From Dehalococcoidia bacterium (lineage in GTDB: Bacteria > Chloroflexota > Dehalococcoidia > DSTF01 > RBG-16-68-14), in the NCBI GenBank assembly GCA_040882355.1, contig JBBEBM010000004.1, positions 112,482 through 176,481 on the forward strand: DNA of 64,000 nucleotides. The letters are read 5' to 3'. The translations under genes were made by a program, and so were the position numbers. The first letter of the stretch is position 1. Each line of letters starts with the position of its first letter. This document shows positions 35,008 through 44,702 of this stretch, piece by piece. The notes beneath the pieces are model-generated. The model had not been told where the DNA came from and made no database searches. It saw only the letters and a list, made by a program, of their open reading frames with translations.

Positions 35008-36561
35008 ATGGTCTGTCGTTTGAGGCTCTCAGCGTTCGTAGTGCTGCTCGCCCTGGTCGCGGGCTGCGGCTGGGGCGGCTCGTCGCCCAGCGCGACGCCG
35101 ACGCCCACGGTCACGCCCACCCCAACGGTCACGCCTACGCCGACGCCGCTGCCGCAAGACCGATACGAGGCTGCAGACTGTCCATTCGAGGTGGCGGAGG
35201 ATCGCACGGTCGAGTGCGGCTACCTGAGTGTGGCGGAGAGCAGGTTGAAACCTAACACTCGCAGCATCCGTCTGGCCGTCGCGGTTGTGAAGAGCGGGAG
35301 CGAGGCGCCAAAGCCGGACCCTGTCGTCTTCCTAAGCGGCGGGCCCGGAGGCAGCGTTATCCAGGTTGCGGGTGCCGAGCTCGGAGATCTCTTGGGTCCG
35401 CTCGCGGAGGAACGAGACCTGGTTCTCCTTGACCAGCGCGGCGTGGGGAAGTCCGAGCCGGCTTTGGAGTGTCCAGAGTTCATGGACGCGCTTCGATCTG
35501 GCATCATGGCAGGGCTGCTCGCGGCCTCGCTTGGTGAGCGGACAGTCGGCCCGCTGGCGGCCTGCCATGATCGGCTCGTGCGCGAGGGAGCAGACCTGAC
35601 CGGCTACACGAGCGCTGAGAGCGCAGCCGACCTCAACGACTTGCGGATCGCTCTGGGATATGACGAGTGGAACCTGTTCGGAGGTTCCTACGGCACAAGG
35701 CTCGCCCTCACAGCCATGCGTGACCTACCCGAAGGAATACGCAGTGTGATACTCGACTCGACGTATCCAATCGAGAGCGACCTTTACAGCGAAGTGCCTT
35801 CCAATGCCCGCCGATCGTTCGATGTCCTCTTCAATGGCTGTCGCCAGGATCCGGAGTGCAACGCGAGGTGGCCGAATCTTGAGCGAGCCTTCTTTGATGT
35901 GATCCGGCGACTCAATGAGCAGCCGCCCACCGTTTCCATTCGTGACTACTCGACGGACGAAACAATAGATGTCCCGCTGACGGGCGATCTGGTTCTGTCG
36001 GGCTTCTTCCTGGCGCTCTACTCAAAGGAGTGGATCCCAACGCTTCCGTACCTCATCGCTCAGGCGGAAGAAGATCCCGAGCAAGCCAAGCCGTTGGCGG
36101 AGTTCCTGCTCGCCATGAATGGTTCGATCAGCCTCGGGATGCATTATTCGGTGCAGTGCCAGGAGGAAGTGCCATTCACTTCCGCGGATCGTATCGCAGG
36201 GGCCGAGCAGGCTAACGAAGAGCTGCGTTTCCTGTCCGAGAGCGAGCCAATCTTCGCGCTCTGCGGACCCTGGAAAGGGGCGCCGCCTGACCCGAAGGAG
36301 AACCAGCCCGTGCGCAGCGACATCCCGACGCTGGTCCTGGCTGGCGAGTACGACCCGATCACGCCCCCGGCCTGGGGGCGGCTGGTCTCGGAGGACCTGA
36401 CGAACAGCTTCTTCTTCGAGTTCCCCGGCATCGGCCACGGCGCCAGCGGCGCTGACGCCTGCCCGCAGGGCATTACCCTCGCGTTCCTCCACGAGCCGGC
36501 TGTCTCGCCGGACTCGTCATGTATCGCGGAGATGCCGCCCCCGGACTTCCTTGTGCCCTAG
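35008..36561 (+). CDS. Alpha/beta hydrolase lipoprotein, TAP-like peptidase (paralog)
   Basis: LVAGC lipobox, GGPG, DQRG, GGSYG, DPITP, GHG; GAGGAGG RBS. Confidence 0.9.
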   Translation: MVCRLRLSAFVVLLALVAGCGWGGSSPSATPTPTVTPTPTVTPTPTPLPQDRYEAADCPFEVAEDRTVECGYLSVAESRLKPNTRSIRLAVAVVKSGSEAPKPDPVVFLSGGPGGSVIQVAGAELGDLLGPLAEERDLVLLDQRGVGKSEPALECPEFMDALRSGIMAGLLAASLGERTVGPLAACHDRLVREGADLTGYTSAESAADLNDLRIALGYDEWNLFGGSYGTRLALTAMRDLPEGIRSVILDSTYPIESDLYSEVPSNARRSFDVLFNGCRQDPECNARWPNLERAFFDVIRRLNEQPPTVSIRDYSTDETIDVPLTGDLVLSGFFLALYSKEWIPTLPYLIAQAEEDPEQAKPLAEFLLAMNGSISLGMHYSVQCQEEVPFTSADRIAGAEQANEELRFLSESEPIFALCGPWKGAPPDPKENQPVRSDIPTLVLAGEYDPITPPAWGRLVSEDLTNSFFFEFPGIGHGASGADACPQGITLAFLHEPAVSPDSSCIAEMPPPDFLVP

Positions 36562-36569
36562 CCGGCACG

Positions 36570-36665
36570 CAGAAGCCCGCGTCGAGTGGCTGGTGGCGTG
36601 GACCCCGACGCGGGCCTTTCGCAGGAGTGAGTCTCGGTAGGAGGTTTTGACTCGCGACCCTGCGC
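36570..36665 (-). ncRNA. Candidate two-hairpin small RNA
   Basis: Extended -10 TGcTACTGT at 36678-36670; hairpin 1 loop AAAACCUCCUACCGA; hairpin 2 with 10-bp GC stem. Confidence 0.35.
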
Positions 36666-36729
36666 CCGTACAGTAGCAGCGCAGCCGCCGGTGATCTATG
36701 AAGTCGATCACAGATGCGGACCGGGCGGG

Positions 36730-37548
36730 CTATTGCTTGATGGTCGGGATCGCATTCACCGCCTCGTCGGACAGTGGCTGGGTCTCCTTGTCCAGGATGC
36801 CGGCGTCGCGGAGCTGACGGAGCACCTCCTGGTTCGGGATCAGCCACTTTTGGACTCCGTTTGTGGCGTATGTGTAGTCTTTCGATCCCTTGATCACTTT
36901 GAGCGGCATCTCATCCTCCTCCGATCGCCTGAGGCCCTCGAGCCAGTCCAGGTCGACCACGTTCCTGTCCACAAACTGCCCGCAGCGGTTCTCACCGCCC
37001 GTGTACTGCTCGACCGCAATGCCGGCGACCGCCCAGCCGCCGAACAGCAGCCGGTTGTCGACATCCGGCTCGCCGTCCCAGCTCGCGCGGTGAAGCTTCA
37101 CTCCGCGCGCCGCCAGCCTCGTGTCGTTTCGTGGGGTGATGAAGCTGGTCCACGCCTGGTAGTTCGCGTAGATCAGCGCGGTGGTACCCAGGCGCTGGAC
37201 CGCTTCGATGGCCGGTATCACGACACGGTCCACTGAGACGTCCGGGACCTCCACGTCCACGTCGGCGAAGTCGAGCCGGGCCCAGACCTCGTCGGGCACC
37301 CCCTCCCGCGCCATACCCACGTAGTCGCGCTCGCGGGACCCGACCACGATGTAGGCCGCCGTGCGGAGCCCCTCCGCGTGCGCGTTCACAAGGCTCTGGA
37401 CCCGCTGCTGTGGCTTGTCGGGGCCCGAGCGTGGGAGCGCGAGCAGGCACTGGATGTACAGGTCGACGCCCTTCTGGCGGAGACACAGGGCCTCCTCCCG
37501 CGTAAGCAAGTCGTACGAGCTATCGACCGCGTGACCCCAGCGAACCAT
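36730..37548 (-). CDS. GH25-like muramidase / endolysin-like protein
   Basis: AVDSS, DVDVE, LIY, EQY and VDRN spacing resembles GH25 barrels; short C-terminal domain; GGAGGAGG RBS. Confidence 0.6.
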   Translation of the reverse strand: MVRWGHAVDSSYDLLTREEALCLRQKGVDLYIQCLLALPRSGPDKPQQRVQSLVNAHAEGLRTAAYIVVGSRERDYVGMAREGVPDEVWARLDFADVDVEVPDVSVDRVVIPAIEAVQRLGTTALIYANYQAWTSFITPRNDTRLAARGVKLHRASWDGEPDVDNRLLFGGWAVAGIAVEQYTGGENRCGQFVDRNVVDLDWLEGLRRSEEDEMPLKVIKGSKDYTYATNGVQKWLIPNQEVLRQLRDAGILDKETQPLSDEAVNAIPTIKQ

Positions 37549-37658
37549 CAGTTACCTCCTCCGCCTAGGCAAGCGGGCGCTACGCGTCCGCCGCCAATCG
37601 GCCTCTCCACCGGCTGCCGCTCTTGTGGCGCGGCGAGCATAGCACAGGCCGAAACGAT

Positions 37659-39200
37659 CTACAAGGGGATGTTGCCGTGCTTCTTGGCCGGCATGCTGTC
37701 CGACTTGTTTCGCAACATCTCCAGCGCGCGGATCACCTTCACGCGCGTCTCTCGCGGGTCAATCACATCATCGATGTAGCCGCGTGACGCGGCGACGTAC
37801 GGGTTCGCGAATTGCTCCTTGTAGTCCGCGATGAGCTGCTGACGCGTCGCCTCCACGTCCTTCGCCTTCTCCAGCTCGCGCCGGTAGATGATGTTCACCG
37901 CGGCATCGGGCCCCATCACCGCGATCTCCGCCATCGGCCAGGCGTAGTTCACGTCGGCGCGCAGGTGCTTCGAACCCATTGCGTCGTAGGCGCCGCCGTA
38001 GGCCTTACGCACGATGATCGTCACCTTCGGCACGGTCGCCTCCGAGTAAGCGTAGACGAGCTTCGCGCCGTGCATGATGATCCCGCCGTACTCCTGGGAT
38101 GTGCCGGGCAGGTAGCCGGACGTGTCGACGAAGGTCACGATCGGGATGTTGAAGGCGTCGCAGAATCGAACGAAGCGCGAGGCTTTGCGCGAGGAGTCGA
38201 TATCCAGCACGCCGGCGAGGTAGGCCGGCTGATTGCCGACGATGCCCACGGTCCGCCCGGCCAGCCGCGCCACGCCGACGATCATGTTCTGCGCGTAGTG
38301 CTCGTGCACCTCCATGAAGTCACCGGCGTCGACGACACGGTAGATCACCTCGCGCATGTCGTACGGCCGGCTGGGGTCGTCCGGGATGATGCGCAGCATG
38401 TCTTCGTCATGGCGCGTGGGATCGTCGCCCGTTTCCATTAGGGGCGGGTCTTCCATGTTGTTCGAGGGCAGGAACGAGAGCAGCCGGCGCACCTCCTGGA
38501 GGCACTCCTCCTCTCCCTCGATGGCGAAGTGGCAGACGCCGCTGCGCGTCGCGTGGATCATCGCGCCGCCCAGCTCCTCATGCTCCAGGTCCTCGCCCGT
38601 CACCGCTTTCACGACGTCGGGCCCGGTGATGTACATGTATGCGGCCTTGGTCATGAAGACGAAGTCGGTCAGCGCTGGCGAGTACACCGCGCCGCCGGCC
38701 GCCGGCCCCATCACCACTGAGATCTGGGGCACGACGCCGGACGCGAGCACGTTACCGAGGAAGATGTCGCCGTAGCTGGCGAGGGAATCGACGCCTTCTT
38801 GCACGCGGGCGCCGCCGCCGTCGTTCAGCCCGACGACAGGCGCGCCGTTCTTCATCGCCAGGTCCATGATCTTGACGATCTTGTCGCCCATCGGCTCGGA
38901 CAGAGAACCGCCGACGACGGTGAAGTCCTGCGAGAAGACGTAGACGGGCCGGCCCTCGATCTTGCCCCAGCCGGTGACGACGGCCTCGCTCTGGACGCCC
39001 GCCTTGTCGAACTCGGTGCCGGCGAGCAGCACGAGCTGGTCGAGCTCCTCGAACGTCCCGTCATCGAGCAGAAGGTGGATGCGCTCGCGCGCCGTGAGCT
39101 TGCCGCGCTCGTGCTGAGCATCGACGCGCGCCTGCCCTCCGGCGAGCCTGACCTGCTCGCGCAGGCTTTGGAGCTGTTCGAGCCGTTGTTCGTTGGACAT
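37659..39200 (-). CDS. pccB: Acyl-CoA (propionyl/methylmalonyl-CoA) carboxyltransferase beta subunit
   Basis: GKLTARERI, QDFTVVGGSL, GGARVQEG, RKAYGGAY, KKHGNIPL. Confidence 0.93.
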   Translation of the reverse strand: MSNEQRLEQLQSLREQVRLAGGQARVDAQHERGKLTARERIHLLLDDGTFEELDQLVLLAGTEFDKAGVQSEAVVTGWGKIEGRPVYVFSQDFTVVGGSLSEPMGDKIVKIMDLAMKNGAPVVGLNDGGGARVQEGVDSLASYGDIFLGNVLASGVVPQISVVMGPAAGGAVYSPALTDFVFMTKAAYMYITGPDVVKAVTGEDLEHEELGGAMIHATRSGVCHFAIEGEEECLQEVRRLLSFLPSNNMEDPPLMETGDDPTRHDEDMLRIIPDDPSRPYDMREVIYRVVDAGDFMEVHEHYAQNMIVGVARLAGRTVGIVGNQPAYLAGVLDIDSSRKASRFVRFCDAFNIPIVTFVDTSGYLPGTSQEYGGIIMHGAKLVYAYSEATVPKVTIIVRKAYGGAYDAMGSKHLRADVNYAWPMAEIAVMGPDAAVNIIYRRELEKAKDVEATRQQLIADYKEQFANPYVAASRGYIDDVIDPRETRVKVIRALEMLRNKSDSMPAKKHGNIPL

Positions 39201-39349
39201 GGGGAATTACCTCGGTCTCGCATGAAGCCCGGCCCGCCCGATGCATCGGGACCGAGCCGGGCTTGTAGGTTTCCGGACGTGAACGGCGGTAGGCCCGCCC
39301 TTCACAGCGCCCAATGCTAGCACAGGCCCTGTACCGGCGCAAACACTCG

Positions 39350-39937
39350 TCAGGGCTCCGGCGTCTCGCTTGGAGCTGGTGCCGGGATGATCAGCTCGTC
39401 GCCCACGGAGAGCGTTCGCAGGTCGTCGATCGTCGTGTTGTTCGCCTCGGCCAGCTCCGCCGTCGTGATGCCGAAGCGCTCGGCGATGAGAGCGGCCACG
39501 TCTCCCGACTGGACCCGGTAGATCGTCTCCTCGCTGGGTTCGGGCGTGTCACTCGGCTCGACCGTGGCGCCGGCGACGTCCTGGTCGGGAGTCGCCTGGA
39601 GGCCCGGGATAGTTAGCACCTGGCCGACGAAGAGGCTGGTCGGGTCATCGATGTTGTTCGCCTCGACTAGTGCGTCCACCGTGGTGCCGAAGCGCCTGGC
39701 GATGGAGTCGAGGTTGTCGCCGCGCTCAACGGTGTAGCTGTCCCCCTGGACGGGCAGGTCGGAGCCGCCGAGAATGCGCGGCTCGGGCAGCGGGTTGGGC
39801 AGCGTGGCGGTCGGAACCGCGTTCGGATTGGAGGTGACCTCATCCTCGCCGCCGCCCCCTCCGCACGCGAAGGCGAGCACCGCGACGAGGGCGGCAAGCG
39901 AGAAGGATAGCGCTGCCAGGGGTCGTTGGGGACGCAA
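39350..39937 (-). CDS. LysM-domain lipoprotein (two LysM)
   Basis: LAFAC lipobox; YTVERGDNLDSIARRFG and YRVQSGD...IAERFG; TTG start after GGAGG. Confidence 0.88.
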   Translation of the reverse strand: MRPQRPLAALSFSLAALVAVLAFACGGGGGEDEVTSNPNAVPTATLPNPLPEPRILGGSDLPVQGDSYTVERGDNLDSIARRFGTTVDALVEANNIDDPTSLFVGQVLTIPGLQATPDQDVAGATVEPSDTPEPSEETIYRVQSGDVAALIAERFGITTAELAEANNTTIDDLRTLSVGDELIIPAPAPSETPEP

Positions 39938-40008
39938 GATACCTCCGAAGGAGACGGGGTCGCCAGGATGGTACATCAAGCCTGGGCGGCGGGCAAGGCG
40001 GGTCGCGG

Positions 40009-41286
40009 CTAGGGAGCCGCCGGGCCTAGGAGCAGCGCGAAGCCCAGCCTCGCGATCGGTTCGATGACGCCGGGCTCCAGGTTCGCGAAGTTGTCCGCCT
40101 GGGTGTGGATTGGCGCGAAGTCGTTGCTGGTGAAGAAGAGCGCCGGGATGCCCGCTTCGATGAAGCTGGCGTGGTCGCTGTTCGCGCCCTCCGGCAGCTC
40201 ACTGCGCCGGGCGCCGATGCCTCTGGCGTTGGCAGCGACGAGGGCCAGCTCGATCAGCTCGCCGCTCCCGACGAGTTCGATGGCGTCGCCGCCCGACGTG
40301 ACGTCGTAGTTGTACACGGTCGTTAGGGCGGCCCGCTCGGCCGCCGAGAGCTGAGCGATGAGGAAGGCGCTGCCGTTCAGGCCGATCTCCTCCGCGCCGA
40401 ACAGTGCGAAGCAGTGCCCGGAGAGGCCGGCCGACGCCGCGGCGCGCGCGAGCTCCAGCACCGTTGCAGCGCCCGAGGCGTTGTCGATGGCGCCGGCGGC
40501 CCACGGCACCGAGTCGTAGTGGCCGCCGCTCAGCGTCCGGCACGGTTCGGCCGGCGGCCGGGCGATGACGTTGCGCGAGGTCACGTCCTGCGTGGGTTCG
40601 ACGGTCACGGTCACCTCGATCGGGCCCTGGGCGAGCGCTGACCGTAGCGACTCACCTTCCGCCTGGTCGATGCCAGCCATCGGCAGCGCCGTCGGCGGGT
40701 CGACGAAGCCCAGGAAGCGCCCCGGCTCCCGGTTGGCGACGATCACGCCGACGGCGCCCGCCGCCTCAGCCCGTCGCGCCATGTCGCTGTGGGTGACGTC
40801 CTGCCGCTGGATCAGGACGACGGCGCCCGATGCGGCAGCCGGGAAGTCCCCGACGTGGCCCGCGCCCGCGTCGACCAGGCGTGCCGTCACCGTGCCCGCC
40901 GCGGCGTTGAGGAACGGCGACGCCTCGATCTCACGTCCGGCGGTGGTCACAGAAGCCTCGCGCAGCATCTCACTGCTGGCGGTGAACGGCTGGACCTCGA
41001 CGTCGTAGCCCCAGAGCTCGAACTGCTCGCGAGCGTAATCGGCGGCTGCCCCCTCCTCGGGCGAGCCGGCGGGCCGCTCGCCGATGTCGACCGAGAGCGC
41101 TTCGATGTGTTCCATGATGCGCTCGAGCTGTGGCTCCGACGGCCCGAGGTCGACCGGGGTGGCCGTGGGCGTGGGCGCGGGCGTCGCAGTGGGTGTCGGC
41201 GTGGAAGCGCCGCCGCCGGTGCAAGCGATGAGCAGCGCGGCGATGAGCGCCGCGGCCGCGAGGAGCCAGCGTTGCCGGAAGTTCAG
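40009..41286 (-). CDS. M28 family aminopeptidase lipoprotein with PA domain
   Basis: GHYDSV, GAIDNASG, GAEEIGL, SDHASF, HTQAD; signal peptide LLIAC lies upstream of the first ATG, implying a CTG start at 41286. Confidence 0.88.
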   Translation of the reverse strand: MNFRQRWLLAAAALIAALLIACTGGGASTPTPTATPAPTPTATPVDLGPSEPQLERIMEHIEALSVDIGERPAGSPEEGAAADYAREQFELWGYDVEVQPFTASSEMLREASVTTAGREIEASPFLNAAAGTVTARLVDAGAGHVGDFPAAASGAVVLIQRQDVTHSDMARRAEAAGAVGVIVANREPGRFLGFVDPPTALPMAGIDQAEGESLRSALAQGPIEVTVTVEPTQDVTSRNVIARPPAEPCRTLSGGHYDSVPWAAGAIDNASGAATVLELARAAASAGLSGHCFALFGAEEIGLNGSAFLIAQLSAAERAALTTVYNYDVTSGGDAIELVGSGELIELALVAANARGIGARRSELPEGANSDHASFIEAGIPALFFTSNDFAPIHTQADNFANLEPGVIEPIARLGFALLLGPAAP

Positions 41287-41305
41287 GGATGGACTCCGAG
41301 GGCCG

Positions 41306-41728
41306 CTAGCGCCGCTGCCCGAACTTGGCCTGCCACCAGGCGCGCAGCCGGTCGCCGAGCGTAGGTTGCTCCAACTCGATCGCGCGGTCGCGCCAGTATC
41401 TCGTCTCCACCCTCGCCGGGCTGCCGCGCACGAAGAAGGAGAGGCCGAACGACGTGAAGAACAGTATCAGCCCGGCGATCAGCATCCAGCGGGCGAAGTC
41501 AGGCTCCACCTTCATGAAGAAGAACGAGAGCACGGTCAGCGCGAGCGCCGTGAGCATCACCTGGCGAAGCGAGATGCGGGCGAGCGGACCCAGCAGGGCA
41601 CGACCGAAGCCGGAGGCGGCGCTCGATGACCGGCGGCGCACACGGCTGGTCACACCCTCCTCCGGCACGAAATCGTCGAGCCGGTTGAGGATGTCCTCGA
41701 TCTCACGCTGGAGTTTGTCTTCGGGCAT
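41306..41728 (-). CDS. Hypothetical membrane protein
   Basis: QREIEDIL N-terminus, two TM segments, YWRDRAIE. Confidence 0.75.
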   Translation of the reverse strand: MPEDKLQREIEDILNRLDDFVPEEGVTSRVRRRSSSAASGFGRALLGPLARISLRQVMLTALALTVLSFFFMKVEPDFARWMLIAGLILFFTSFGLSFFVRGSPARVETRYWRDRAIELEQPTLGDRLRAWWQAKFGQRR

Positions 41729-41850
41729 GGGACTGAGTACCGCCCCATTCTAACGAACGCGCCGCGAGATGGTAAGGGCAAGGACACGTTTCCGCCCTGC
41801 GTGTTAGCTCTCCTCGAGAGTGGCGAATCGAGCTGGCGGGGCGTCTCGCT

Positions 41851-42978
41851 CTAGCCGCGGCGCAGGCGCAGCGCGACGAAGCCCGCCGCGCCCAGAGCGA
41901 CCGCTCCCAGAGCGACCGCGCCCAGGGCGACCGCGGCCGCGAGCGCGCCGGCCAGCCACATCGTCGCGCTACCGCCGCTCGCCGCGCCGCCCTCGCCGGT
42001 CGTTGGCAGCGCGACGGTGGTCGTCGGCGCGGGCGCGGTTGCTGTCGGGGGCGGCGCGACCTGAAGCGCCTGCCAGTCAGGCGACTGCTCATCGAAGGCG
42101 CCGGCGGCGATGGGCGTGACGTCGCTGCCGTCCGCATTCATGACGAAGAGATCGATCTGGACGTTGACATCGCGCGCGAAGACGATCTTCGTGCCGTCCG
42201 GCGACCACGCAGGCTTGGCCTGCAGTCCGGGGTGGTCCGTGAGCTGAGTGACGTTGGAGCCGTCCGCATTCATGACGTAGATGTCCGCCGGGTTAGCGAT
42301 CTGGCTGCTCACGAAGACGATCTGCGAGCTGTCCGGCGACCAGTCCGCGTTCCAGTCGATGCCGTCGCTTACGGTGAGGCGAGTCTGGTCGCTGCCATCG
42401 GGGTTCATCGTGTAGACCTCGTAGTTGCCCGCGGCGTCGCGATTCGTGGTGAAGGCGATCTTCGTCCCGTCCGGCGACCAGGCGGGCTCGCCGTCGCTCG
42501 CCGGGTTGTCCGTGAGCTGCGTGACACCGGATCCGTCGGCGTTCATGACGAAGACCTCTTGATCGCCGTCGCGCCCGCTGTCGAAGACGATCTTCGTGCC
42601 GTCGGGCGACCAGGCCGGGCTGGAGTTGTCGGTGGCGGGGTCGTTCGTGAGGTTCGTCTCGCCGCTGCCGTCGGCGTTGATCACCTTCACGTCGGAGCCG
42701 GCGAGGCCGCTGCTGGCGAACGCGACCTTCGTGCTGTCCGCCGACCAGGATGCGAAAGTCTCGTCCGCGTTCGGGTCGCTGGTGAGCTGCGTCACGCCGC
42801 TGCCGTCCGGCTCCATCACATAGAGATCGTTCGTTCCGCCACCGCTGTCGGAGAAGGCAATCTTGCCGTTCTCGCCGGGAAAGACGCTCTCCACCGGCTG
42901 CGTCGCCGCCAGCAGTCCAGTCACGACCGCCACGCCGACGACAGCCAGCGCGGTTGCGAGTAGCCTGGTTCTCATCAC
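41851..42978 (-). CDS. TolB-like PD40 beta-propeller surface protein with LPTTG sorting signal
   Basis: Repeated PAWSPDGTKI / MNADGS; signal peptide; LPTTG + TM + RLRRG. Confidence 0.88.
   Translation of the reverse strand: MMRTRLLATALAVVGVAVVTGLLAATQPVESVFPGENGKIAFSDSGGGTNDLYVMEPDGSGVTQLTSDPNADETFASWSADSTKVAFASSGLAGSDVKVINADGSGETNLTNDPATDNSSPAWSPDGTKIVFDSGRDGDQEVFVMNADGSGVTQLTDNPASDGEPAWSPDGTKIAFTTNRDAAGNYEVYTMNPDGSDQTRLTVSDGIDWNADWSPDSSQIVFVSSQIANPADIYVMNADGSNVTQLTDHPGLQAKPAWSPDGTKIVFARDVNVQIDLFVMNADGSDVTPIAAGAFDEQSPDWQALQVAPPPTATAPAPTTTVALPTTGEGGAASGGSATMWLAGALAAAVALGAVALGAVALGAAGFVALRLRRG
41891..41935. repeat. 15-bp tandem repeat x3 encoding AVALG
   Basis: cccagagcgaccgct cccagagcgaccgcg cccagggcgaccgcg. 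Confidence 0.7.
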
Positions 42979-43079
42979 GGCCTCCTTGCTCCGACCCCTG
43001 TAGCAAGAGTATCCGCTGTCTCAGGTAGGCGCCACTGATTGCTGGCTAAGGCCTGCCTTCGCTGGTGCGCCGTTCGCGC

Positions 43080-44702
43080 TCAGGTCCTGCGCCGCCTACC
43101 CCACCCGCCGCCGCCCGGCGTCTCGATGCGTAGGCGCGCGCCCGCGGGCACCGAGAGCTGCGTCTTCGACGGCAGGCGGCGCTTTCGACGACCGGGCCCC
43201 GTGAGCGTGTCGCGGCCGGGCGCGCCGGGCGACCCGCCGCGCAGGCCCCACGGCCCGCGTCGACGGCGCTCGGTGACGAGCGTGAGGTCGGCGGGCGCGA
43301 GGAACTCGTACTCGCGAGCGAGGCCGTCACCGCCGCGGTGCCGCCCTTCGCCGCCCGTGCGCCGCCGGATCGAGTACTCGCGCACGCGGAACGGGTAGGT
43401 CAGCTCCAGCGCCTCGACCGGCGTGTTCAGGGTGTTCGTCATGTGCGTGTGCAGCGCCGACAGGCCCTCGCGCTCCGGCCCCGCGCCCGCTCCACCCCCC
43501 AGCGTCTCGTAGTAGGCGAAGGGGCGGCCGCGCTCGGGGTCCCAGCCGCCGATGGTGACGTTGTTCATCGTGCCCGCGCTCGCCGCCGGTATCTGTTTTG
43601 GCAGCGCCTGAGCGAGCGCGCCCAGGACGACGTCGACGATGCGCTGCGATGTCTCGACGTTGCCCGCTGAGACAGCGCGTGGCGGGCTTGCGTTGACCAC
43701 GCTCCGTTCGGGCAGGGTGAAGGCGATCGGGCGCAGGCAGCCGTCGTTCGTCGGCGCGTCTTCGTCGAGTAGGCAGCGCGCGACGTAGTAAACGGCCGAG
43801 CGCGTGACGGCCGCTACGGCGTTCACCGAGCTCGGCCGCTCCGGCGCGCTGCCGGTGAAGTCGAAGTGGAGACGGTCGCGGCGCACCGTGAGGGCGAGGC
43901 GGATCGACACTCGTTCGTCGCTGACGCCGTCATCGTCCAGGGCGTCCTCGAAGACGTAGGTGCCGCGCGGGATGCGGGCGATCGCGGCGCGAGTGAGGCG
44001 TTCCGCGTAATCGTGGAGCGCTGCCATCTGCCGTTCGAGCTCGCGCCAGCCGTAGCGCTGCGCCAGCTCCAGCAGCCGGGCCTCGCCGGTGCGGTGCGCG
44101 GCGAGCTGGGCGTCGAGGTCGCCCTGGCGCTCCTCCGGTGTGCGCACGTTGCGCAGCAGCAGCGTGAGCAGCTCGTCGTTGCGCCGGCCGCGCCGGTAGA
44201 GGCGGACCGGCGGGATGATCACGCCCTCCTGGTAGAGCTCGCTCGCGAGCGGCATCGAGCCGGGCGCCATGCCGCCGACGTCGGCGTGGTGGGCGCGGCT
44301 GACGACGAAGCCGAGCAGCGCGTGGCGGCCGTCCGCCTGCGGCGGAGGCTGGAACACGGGCGAGACGAGGGTGATGTCCGGCAGGTGGGTGCCGCCCAGG
44401 TACGGGTCGTTCAGGATCACGACGTCGCCCGGCGCGAACGGCGCCAGCGGCAGCGTCGCCTCGACCGAGAGCGGCATCGAGCCCAGGTGGACCGGGATGT
44501 GCGCCGCCTGCGCGACGAGCTTGCCCTGCGCGTCGAAGACGGCGCACGAGTAGTCGCGGCGCTCCTTGATGTTCGGCGAGTGCGCGGTGCGCCCCAGCGT
44601 CACGCCCATCTCCTCGGCCACCGACGCGAACAGCGCGTCGAACACCGCGAGTGCCGTCGGGTCGGGCGGCCGCCCTGAGCCTGGCGAAGGGCGGCGCGTC
44701 AT
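43080..44702 (-). CDS. Hydantoinase B / oxoprolinase family
   Basis: SPNIKERRDYSCA, HIPVHLGSM, NDPYLGGTHLPD, RAHHADVGG, TPGGGGWG. Confidence 0.93.
   Translation of the reverse strand: MTRRPSPGSGRPPDPTALAVFDALFASVAEEMGVTLGRTAHSPNIKERRDYSCAVFDAQGKLVAQAAHIPVHLGSMPLSVEATLPLAPFAPGDVVILNDPYLGGTHLPDITLVSPVFQPPPQADGRHALLGFVVSRAHHADVGGMAPGSMPLASELYQEGVIIPPVRLYRRGRRNDELLTLLLRNVRTPEERQGDLDAQLAAHRTGEARLLELAQRYGWRELERQMAALHDYAERLTRAAIARIPRGTYVFEDALDDDGVSDERVSIRLALTVRRDRLHFDFTGSAPERPSSVNAVAAVTRSAVYYVARCLLDEDAPTNDGCLRPIAFTLPERSVVNASPPRAVSAGNVETSQRIVDVVLGALAQALPKQIPAASAGTMNNVTIGGWDPERGRPFAYYETLGGGAGAGPEREGLSALHTHMTNTLNTPVEALELTYPFRVREYSIRRRTGGEGRHRGGDGLAREYEFLAPADLTLVTERRRRGPWGLRGGSPGAPGRDTLTGPGRRKRRLPSKTQLSVPAGARLRIETPGGGGWGRRRRT

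Noticed and set aside
36730-37548. Prophage
   Set aside because: No integrase, structural or replication genes around the lysin-like gene
39224-39306. Two hairpins in the pccB leader
   Set aside because: No recognisable riboswitch consensus; such stems arise easily at this GC
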